Shown here one piece after another: positions 47,380 through 56,113 of a DNA stretch of 56,113 bases. The stretch spans positions 62,001 to 118,113 of the forward strand of contig CAUYUJ010000111.1 in the NCBI GenBank assembly GCA_963575745.1, in the 5' to 3' direction. The first letter of the stretch is position 1; each line of letters starts with the position of its first letter. The position numbers and the translations under genes were made by a program. The notes under the pieces are model-generated. The model was not told where the DNA came from, did no database searches, and saw only the letters and a list, made by a program, of their open reading frames with translations. This DNA is from Prorocentrum cordatum (lineage: Eukaryota).

Positions 47380-48465
47380 CCGAGCCAGAAACGATGCCCC
47401 GACGAGTTGCCCTGATAAAGGAAATGGGGGAGCAGACAGCGGAAACACGGTCAGGGACCATTCTGACCCTACGAGGGGGGGAAAGGAAAGGGAGATCAAT
47501 CGGAGGATGCTGAGGAGGAGAGATCGGAGGAGGAAGAGGACGAGGAAGAGGAGGAGGAGGAGGAGGAGGAAGACAAGGAGGAGGAGGGGAGAGAAAGTGG
47601 AGGACGAGGAGGATGAGGAAGAGGTGGGGAAGGGGGAGGATGGAGGAGTGAGGAGGAAGAATCGGCGGAGGAGGAGGAGAAGGATGAGGATGAATACAAT
47701 AGCTTCTTGGAGCGTCTGGGGGGCCTGGTAACCACTCAGAAACGTAACGTCGTGTTCTAGTGCTTGCCCCTCTTGGGGCCGTCTAGGTTCCCTCAGGGGC
47801 ATTCGTGGTCCTTATTGGGCGTTCCTGGGGCCGTCTGGGGCGCCCATGAAGGCTCCGAGAGGGCCCCAAGAGAGCCCCAGGAAGGTCCAAGTCCAAGAGG
47901 ACCCAAAACGAGCACCAAGAGGGCCCACTCAGCAACATATAAGGTGTGTCTGGGGTTTCCTCCTCTTGGGGCTGGGTTGGGCCCCATCAGGGGCCTTCTA
48001 GGGCGCCTCTTTGGGTGCTCCCAGGGCAGTCTTGGGCGCGTAGGGAGGCTCCCAGAGGGCCCCAGGAGAGCCCTGAGAGGGACCCACGAGTGCCTGACTA
48101 GGGGCCCACGGAGGCCCACTCAGAAACATTACTAGTTGCATGGGGCTCACCCTTCTTGGGGCCGCTGCGGGCCCCTCTTTGGGTGGCTCTTGCCTCCGAG
48201 AATCCTCAAGCGAGCCCCAAGAGGGTTCCAAGAGGGCCTGAAGAAGGGCCCACGAGGGCCCATTCAGACACATGTAATATTAGTGTGGTGCGTCTCCCTC
48301 TTGTGCCCTCCTCGGCCGCTCTTGGGCCCTCTTGGGCCAATTGGAAGCTGTCTTCCGCTCCCGATGGGTTTTGTCGATGGTTGGTAAGCGGGAGGGGCAG
48401 ACCCGTACCCGAAGGGGGATAGGGAGGACTGGAAGAGGAACCGCCCTACACACCTGTTGGTGGGA
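47380..48465 (-). mobile_element. Diverged family-2-related element lacking the hairpin end
   Basis: ccagaaacgatgccccgacgagttg near the left end, GGA and ctcttggg interior, and ggaagagg..ggtggga|t at the right end. Confidence 0.5.
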
Positions 48466-48623
48466 TACCCTGCCCCGTCGGCCACCTGTCACCCTAAACA
48501 ATTGTTGGTGGGGGTACCCTGCCCCGTCTCCGTGGTTTTGGACATGTTGGCTCCGATCTCTCAGGTTGGCCAGTCTTTGCGATCAGTTTAACGTCTTGGA
48601 GTCGCCTCCGCGCTCCAGATTGC

Positions 48624-48974
48624 GTGATGTCGGCCCGTGGCTCGCCCAACCTTCACAAAATGACGAAGCAGCAGCTCATCGATCACGTGCAGCACCTAAA
48701 CAAGGAACTCAAAGCAGAGAAGCAGATCACCAAACAACACCAGAAGTTCACGATCGGTATTGTTCGCGTGGTGGCCGCGAACGACACTGGTGTGGTCGCC
48801 AAGGCGAAATATGAGCTCCTGAAAAAGCGCAAGGTTTCGGAGAGTGGCAGCCAGACGACGATCACGCCCCTGGGCAGGCTCACTAAGTTGATGCCGCACA
48901 CGCCTGTCATCGAGCTTGGCCCCCCCTCGTCGGCCAAGAGTCCCAAGAAGTTGAGGCAGTTGACTGCCCGCTGA
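48624..48974 (+). CDS. Hypothetical small coiled-coil protein or exon
   Basis: Non-repetitive, protein-like composition (MTKQQLIDHVQHLNKELKAEKQ) among low-complexity DNA. No recognised family. Confidence 0.35.
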   Translation: MMSARGSPNLHKMTKQQLIDHVQHLNKELKAEKQITKQHQKFTIGIVRVVAANDTGVVAKAKYELLKKRKVSESGSQTTITPLGRLTKLMPHTPVIELGPPSSAKSPKKLRQLTAR

Positions 48975-49509
48975 GCGGTGTAGCACTGTGCTTGAGGACT
49001 CGGAGTAGAATCGGGTAGTGCAGGGGGGGGACGGGGGAGCGGGGAGGAAGGGAGGATGGGCTGGGGGGCAAGGGTGGGGAGGACAATGGCGACAAAAGGG
49101 GAAGGCTGGCGCAGAGCACGGGGTAAACGGACGCAAATGAGATGCGACTGTCGACAGGGTTGGTGGAGGAGGTAAGATAGGTGAGAGGTTAGGATATAGG
49201 TAGATGGAGGAGGTAAGATAGGAAAGAGGTTATACATGTAGGTGGAGGCCAGGTCAGGAAGGGAGCACGAGGGGTGCGGTGAGGTACGGGAGGTGACGAG
49301 ACGAGGACGGAGGATGTACGATAAGCAACGGTGTTATACGATAGCGGAGGAACCGACGAGAGGTACAATGAGGGAAAGGGCAGCGTTGCCTGCAGCTCTC
49401 TGCCGCTCTTTCTGCACGGCCGCCGTTCGGCGGGTGGGCCAGAACGTGACGTTCGAGGCCGCCCCGCGGGCACAGCTTTGCTCCGCGCGCCGCGCGTGCG
49501 TCGGACAGG

Positions 49510-50625
49510 GCGCATCGTCGTCGCCAACGCCATCGTCGACGTCGTCGTAGTCGACGTCGTCGTCGCCAACGTCATCGTCGACGTCGTCGGCTACGACAAC
49601 GTCGACGTCGACGGCGACGACGACCATGTCGACTATGACGATGACGCCGTCAACGGGGGCGACGCCGACGACAACGACGACGTCGACGTCGTCGGCGATG
49701 CCGACGACGACGTCGACATCGTCGTAGCCGACGTCGTCGTCGCCGACGCGTCATCGCCGACGTCGCCGCCGTCGTCGTCGCCGATGTCATCGGCGCCGAC
49801 GTCGGCGACGACGTCGACTACGACGAAATCGACGACGTGTGGTCGTCGCCGTTTTGGGGCCACCGTCGACCGTGATGCCTCAAGAGCCCATCGGAAGCGA
49901 AACAACAAAAAACAAGCAACACCGATGTGCCTTAGGTATGTGAGCTGTGGTGGCATCTTGGGGGGGTCATTGGAGGGTTGAGCAGGCACTTGAAACGATT
50001 TTTGGGGCCGCTCTGAGGACTCGTGGATGTCTGTCGGATGCTAACTTGGGCCATCTTGAAGTATCTGGAGCCATCTTGGAGCGTCGACTAGATCAGGGCG
50101 CGCTGTTGTCGCCAACGTCGTCGTCGACGTCGGCACCTCTTGACGGAGGGTGGCCGTCAACAAATGCCTCCTGGCGGCCGACGGGCCGTAACTCATCCTT
50201 CCCTCTTGGGCCTCTCTTGGGGCTTCGCTCACCCCCACTAGGGGTACCCCAGTAACAGCCGCCCGAACTCTTCGAGCCTCCCCCCAAGAGGGGCCCAAGA
50301 GGGGAGGATGAGGTGCGGTTCGTCGGCCCTAGGGCCGACGAATCGTACTCACCCTCCCCTCTGAGGCCCTCGCTGTCGTCGTCGACGACGGCGACGATGC
50401 GACTACGACGACGACGACGTCAACGGAGACGACGCCGATGACAACGACGACGTCGACGGCGATGGCGGCGACGTCAACGTCGACGTAGCCGACGTCGTCA
50501 TCGCCGACGTCGTCGTCGGATGTCGTCGGCGCCGACGTCGACGACCTTCGTCGACTACGACGGCGCCGACCACGACCACGACGACGACGACGTCGACTGC
50601 GACGATGTCGAACATCAACAGCGGC
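49510..50625. repeat. Two (GAC/GTC)n self-complementary microsatellite tracts (~49510-49850, ~50370-50625) with ctcttggg-type repeat between them
   Basis: Read directly; rich in gtcgac palindromes. Confidence 0.8.
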
Positions 50626-50846
50626 GACGTTTCGGCCTCTTGGGGCGTCCTTGGGGATCCTCGTGGCAATTTGTCGCCGTCCTAGGGACTTGGGCCATTG
50701 GTCCCCCCATGTGCCATCTTGGGATACGTTAACCCACTTGGGATGTCGTGTGCTCTCTGAGGCTGTCTGGAGGCCATCTTACCGTGGGAAGGCTCACCTG
50801 CCCTCTGAAAGGAAATACTGCGGTGAAACGAGGAAGCGCTGTAAAC

Positions 50847-51009
50847 TAGGTCACCAGGTCACCCCCAGAGGCGCGGGGATAACCACGCTTCGCGCGTCGC
50901 GGCCTGGGCCAGAGCGAGCGTCGGTTTCCCAATGGGGGCGGCGTGAAGGCGCGAGGGCGCGAAGATAACCGCGCGTCGCGGGGCGCGATGCGCGAAGTTA
51001 GGCGGCCTA
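50847..51009. mobile_element. ~165-bp MITE-like dispersed repeat, copy 2
   Basis: Termini taggtcacc / ggcggccta form an imperfect inverted repeat with TA ends. Internal IR cttcgcgcgtcgcg / cgcgatgcgcgaag. Confidence 0.6.
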
Positions 51010-51186
51010 CGTAACCGCCTCCGCCCAGCGGGTTCGTGGGATTAGCAGCCACATAGCGTCGACGCCATCCGTGGCCATCTGTGGCTCTTCTGAAGTTGCT
51101 TCCGTGCGTCCCCGAGCTGTGCACACTATCACCTTGCCAACCGTGCGTTGCCACCTGTTTCGCACGTCTCGGGGTACCTGGCACTC

Positions 51187-51845
51187 ATGGGGAAACGCGC
51201 TGTCGGCACGGAGCAACACAAAGGTGGAAAGGTTCGAAAAGGTGTGAGAAAACCAGCAGTCGAGTCAGACAGTGGGTCGAGTGGGCGGCAGCGTGGTGGA
51301 CGGCGTCCGTCTGGTTCAGGTTTGGAGCATTGCGACAGTTGCCCAGCAAACAGCCAGGATGTTAATTTTGCCAAGGCGGACAACTTGCCAAACGCGTCCC
51401 GCAGACAGTGCACGGAGTGTTACTGGTTGTGGACTCCTTTGGCATCAATCATGACATACAAGCAGTTCGCAGCCAAAATCAAGAACGACGAGGCTTTCAA
51501 GATGAGGGCTAAGATTGCCAGGGAGGCCCAACACGCGTTGAAGGATGTGGCATCGCCAGCTGACTTGGCGGCAGGCAGCAAGGTTTGTCTCGCCCAACCC
51601 AGAGAGAGTGCAGGCACAAAAACGATGCTAGGAGTCAGGCTCAGTCGCAAGGGCGAGCTCATCCAAGGCAAGAGCACCAGCCTGAAGGTTGGAGACGCCA
51701 CGTTCACAGCAAAGCAGCTGGGCTTGGAGAGCACGTATGTCGAAATGCCTGACTGCGGGTTCGGCCAGGAGATGAAGGGTTGGCTTATCGGGTCGTCGGG
51801 CGAGCAGAATATGCAGGTGGAGGTCTTCTACCAGACGGCCGCAGG
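51187..51845 (+). CDS. Exon of a hypothetical protein with a CxxC..CxxC putative zinc finger
   Basis: MGKRAVG..HCDSCP..RQCTECYWLW. Complex, coding-like sequence ends where low-complexity DNA begins. Boundaries approximate. Confidence 0.5.
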
Positions 51846-52789
51846 GGATGGGGAAGGGACGCCCAATGATCACCCCACCATGGACCATGTCGGAGTGGCA
51901 CACCCAGGTCATTATCTCCAGGACTGTCGTACCCCTCATCGCTAGTGTCATCAACGTCCTCATCAGCATCGACATCGCCATCTTGCAATCTTCAGCTGCA
52001 TCATCACCTTCCTCCTCATCATCCGGTTCCCGCTCCCCTTCCCCCTGGCTTCTCATCCTCCGCCCCCCCTTCTCCCTCCGTTGTTCCTCAAGTCATTATT
52101 CCACCTCTGCCTCCTCATCTTCTTCCTCCTCCTCCTCCTCCTGCTCCCCCCTCCTCCTCCGCCTCCACCGTCTCCTCCTCCTCCTCCCCCTCCTGCTTCA
52201 TTCCCCTCCTCCTCCCCCTCCTCCTCAGGCTCATCCTCATCCCCATCATCCCCGTCTCGTCCTCCTCCTCCGCTTCCTCTTCCTCCTCCTCTTCCCTTCC
52301 CCTCTTCCGCTCACCTTATCTGTTCGTTTTCGTGATGGCGACGGGGTGGCGGGGAGGGGGGTGGCAAGGGGGGAAGGGGTACGATGGGGGGATGGGGTGC
52401 GGAGATAGAGACGGAGTGGGGGAAGGCAGGGATGCAAAAAGGGCGGCGGGGAGAGAGAACGGGGCGGTAGAGGACGAGAAGAGGATAATAAGGAGGAGGG
52501 GCATTAGCAACTAAGGGCGCGGATGAGAAGGGCAACGGTGACGGGGGACGAACGCAAACAGGATGCCGCCTCGTTGCCGCCTCTTGCGCTGGGCGGGTCT
52601 GTAGTGGTTTGGTTGCCGCCCGTGCCGCCTCGGTGTCGCCTCGTTGCCGCTCCGTGCGGTGGTTGGGTGGCTCCGCCGAGGATTCGATTCGCCGTGATGG
52701 ATGCGTTGACCCGTGGCTGTGGCGGGCTCAAGCTGTGGGTGTCCTCGCTCGCCCGCCCGTTGCGGGGCGGGGGCATGTTGCGTCCCCAC

Positions 52790-53420
52790 TGCCAGCGTGA
52801 GCGCCCGCCACCTGCGAAAGCCACCCCCTGCCAGCCGCCACCTGGCTTTGGCAAGATCCCCTACGTGCCGCCGCTTGGCCGCCATGTCCCACCGCCCGCC
52901 AAGGCGCTTCGGCCTCGACCACCGCCAAAGCCGCCGCCTGAGTCGATCGTGGTCATTGCGGCCCAGACAGCGAAAGCTGTCGCGACTCCGAAGGCGCCCG
53001 TGCAGGCAAAGCCCGAGGGGCCCGAGGTGGGCCATGGCGATGCCGCGGCCGAGAAGGCTGCTGAGGAACCTGATGCACGCTCTGCCAAACGCCAGCGGCT
53101 CGAGCCGCTCCAGGAGGCGGACGCGGATGGCAGCACGGGCGTCGACTGGGTGCAGCAGCCCCTTGGCGTCCTTGGCTTTGGCGCCGACCTACCCGATTCG
53201 ACTGAGCTTCCCACCTGGTGGGGCAGCGTGGCGGCAGCGCATCGGCACATTGAGGAGGAATACAATCGCGGCTTCGAGGCGTACTTCAGCGCGCGCGTCG
53301 CCTGGAGGGCGTTCGCCGACGCGATGCGCGCCGCGGGGCAGGACGAAGAGCTCACGATCGCTGAGGGGCTCTACAAAGAGATGTGGGAAACGCGGGTCGA
53401 CCAGGTTGTGGGTTGTTGGG
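52790..53420 (+). CDS. Possible Pro/Ala-rich hypothetical exon, part of track ORF 52523..53644
   Basis: PPPAKA/PKAP repeats followed by a helical-looking segment (HIEEEYNRGFEAYF..AEGLYKEMW). No family recognised. Confidence 0.3.
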
Positions 53421-54439
53421 GGCCACCACCTTGCCTGCGACCACCATTAGCCCATGGCTTCATGGTGGCCGCGGGCAGGCTTACGTGCTTCATGATCCCG
53501 CCCTGTAGGCGGAGGATCTCTTTGACGCCTGGGACGCCATGGCCCAGGCCGAGCGGGTCGCGCAGCCCGCTGCTCCCTGAGGAGCGCTCAGTCTTGCACA
53601 AACTGAGGAGGGATCGCGGTGGAGGAAAGGAGGAGGCGACATGAGGAGAAGGAGGATGAGGAAGAGAACAATGATGCTGATGATGAGGAGGAGGGTGATG
53701 GATGCCGCAATATAATACATGTTGGTCCCTGGAAGCTTCGCGCATTCCCCACAGCCCCTCCCGAAACGCTGCCCAAGCAAGCCGCATAGAACACGGAAAT
53801 GGGTAAGGAGGATGATGAGGGTGCATGTTGGGAGGGATGGGGGGCGGGGGGGGAGGGCCAGGAGCTTGGGATTTCCAGGATAAGGAACAGAGGAGCAGCG
53901 GTCCATCCTTCCCCCATTCCCACCCTAAACGCGGAGAGGGGGGGGGGGACAACTGGTAACAGAACGCGAGGGGAAGGGAACGCGGCGACGCGCAGCCCGC
54001 CTGCTTCCTGGGCTGACCCCCCCCTCCTCCCCGCCATGATCGATGTCTGGACCCCTCCGACAGAGCCGTCGGTGGAGCTACGCTTAGTGGATCTCCGTAT
54101 GTGGCCATCGCCGATTGTTCGCTCACACGTCTGGGATAGTGAGGGTGCGACCACCACTTATGAATGGACCGCTCGCGTCTACGTGCATATACACATATAT
54201 ATAGATATATACATATGCACACACGTGTGCATTGAAGACCCCTATACGGCTATCATTGCCGCTCCCTGCTTTTTGGAAACGCCTGTGTGGCCAAACGTTT
54301 GGGCAGCGCTGTATCAAACCATTCCACGGCCTGCTTCCCCAGCTGGCGTGAAACTGGTGTCTTGGACACACTTGGGGAAGCAACGGTGGAGTGGGGGGAG
54401 GAAGAGTGGCCAAGGAAGGGCGGATGGCGTATTGAAGTA

Positions 54440-55440
54440 TCCTGGTGTTCCTGGGCCTCATGCCGTTATCGGGCCCCCACACGGCTCCCAAAGGGCCCAA
54501 GCGGGCCCAAGAGCGGCCGAAGAGGGCTCAACAGGGAGACGCGCCAGAACGATGTTACATGTTCCTGAGTGGGCCCTCTGGGGCCCCTCTCGAGGCCCGT
54601 GGAGCTCCTCGGAGCCAGGAGTTCACTAGAGGGGCCCTAGACGGCCCTTAAGAGCGGGAAGCACCAGACACATGTTATGTTTCTGAATGGGCCCTCTTGG
54701 GCCCTCGTCATGCTCTCTTGGAGCCCTCTCAGGGCTCTCTTGGGGCCCTCCCGGGGCCTCCTTACGCGCCCAAGACTGCCCTAGAAGCACCCAAAGAGGC
54801 GCCCAAGAGTGCCCCTGAGGGACACACGGCAGCCCCAAGAGGAGGACACCCCAGACCCATGTTATAGTTTGCGGAGTTGGCCCTATTGGGTTTTGGGCTT
54901 CTTTGGGCCCTCTTGAGCCCTCTTGTGGCCCTCTTGGGGCTGCCTCTCGGAGCCTTCGTGGGCGCCCAAGACGGCCCCAGGAATGCCCGAGGAGGGCCCA
55001 AGAGTGCCCCAGAGGGAACCTAGACGGCCCCACAAGGGGGAAGCCCCAGAACAAATTAGATGCTTCTGGGTGGCTACCTGGAGCTTTTTTGGACGATCAG
55101 GAGGCCCCAAACCGCCGCCCGCGGAAAGATCTTCTGGGCGAGAACCCATCGGACTTTCCTGGTGGCTTTGTGGGCAATGTCAGGCACCTGCGCCTTTCTT
55201 AGACGATTTGGGGGCCCAAACGGCTCCCCTCGTGAAGATCGTCAGCGAAGATCTTCCCGTTGGGGGCCTCGCGGGCCTGGCGGGGGGCCTCTGGGGCTGT
55301 CTATTGTCCTGGGGGCTGTTTGGGCAGTCTTAGATGCCACTTGGGGCGTTCGTTGGCGAGCTGGAGGCCCGAACGACTCCCGACATGAAGATCTTCAGTG
55401 AAGACCTTTCCGCTGGGACTCCCAGAGTGAAGCCTTCCTG
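54440..55440. repeat. ctcttggg/cccaagag low-complexity dispersed repeat related to 47750-48400
   Basis: Shared motifs in inverted orientation, e.g. acatgtt..ctgaatgggccctc versus gagggcccattcagacacatgt. Confidence 0.6.
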
Positions 55441-55479
55441 ACCCCCCCCCGCATACCACCCCCACCCCACCCGACCACC

Positions 55480-55566
55480 GTCGCATACATCACACGGACG
55501 CACGCACACACACACAATCACGCACGCACGCACACATGCACACGAACACACACACACACACACACG

Positions 55567-55609
<43 letters not shown>

Positions 55610-56113
55610 ACGCACGCACGCACGCACATACGCACACACACACACCATACACACACACACACACACGCGCGCACACGCACACTCACGCGCACACACACAC
55701 ACACACACCACCACCACCACCACCACCACCACCACCACCACCACCGCCACCACCACCACCACCACAACCACTACCCGCCACCACCACCACCCATACGCAC
55801 ATCCCCCCCCCCATCCCGCCCATCCCCCCCCCCAGAGTCCCCCCGCCCTCCCTCCCCCCATTCCATCCTCCTAGCCTCACCCTCGACCCATTCTCCCACT
55901 AAAACCGCCACCAACACACACACACAACACACACACACACACATCATACACACATCACCCATACACGTACACACCACCACCACCACCACCAACACCACCA
56001 ACACCATCACCATCACCACCATCACCACACACACCACCACGTCACCCCACCCCATCCCACCCCACCCCGCCCACCCAACCTCCCACCCACCATACACTCA
56101 CACCACCACCACC
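55480..56113. repeat. (CA)n/(CAC)n microsatellite tract
   Basis: Read directly from the sequence. Confidence 0.9.

Overview
Repeat-dominated eukaryotic DNA, probably dinoflagellate (inferred from a GGCTCAAG spliced-leader-like relic, a GC-AG intron and the repeat style). No rRNA, tRNA or CRISPR. (1) 2112-25072 is a head-to-tail array of about 19 non-coding units built from a ~177-bp monomer. Each unit ends in a subterminal inverted repeat, a conserved covarying hairpin (CCGGCGGTRA-loop-TYACCGCCGG) and an invariant CAG|T end, which is a Helitron/Helentron-like architecture. (2) Three mutually diverged non-LTR retrotransposons (1-2111, 13185-13656, 15991-21855) sit at the same nucleotide of that hairpin, each ending in exactly A8. 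The full-length copy encodes ORF1 and an APE-RT(WADN)-RNase H ORF2. In all three copies the RNase H motifs are in circularly permuted order. (3) From ~25073 lies a large, intron-containing DDE transposase-like gene (26975-45968, D-D-CxxH-W-E motifs). It is disrupted by a second family of short Helitron-like elements (A|T target, 5'-TC, asymmetric TIR, GCGAAGC mini-hairpin), a 5-kb heptamer satellite and foldback elements. (4) The remainder is low-complexity repeats and a few orphan ORFs. The best candidate for a new system is a target-specific LINE family with a permuted RNase H that parasitises the terminal hairpin of a tandemly arrayed rolling-circle-like element. All alignments were made by eye and no database searches were run.
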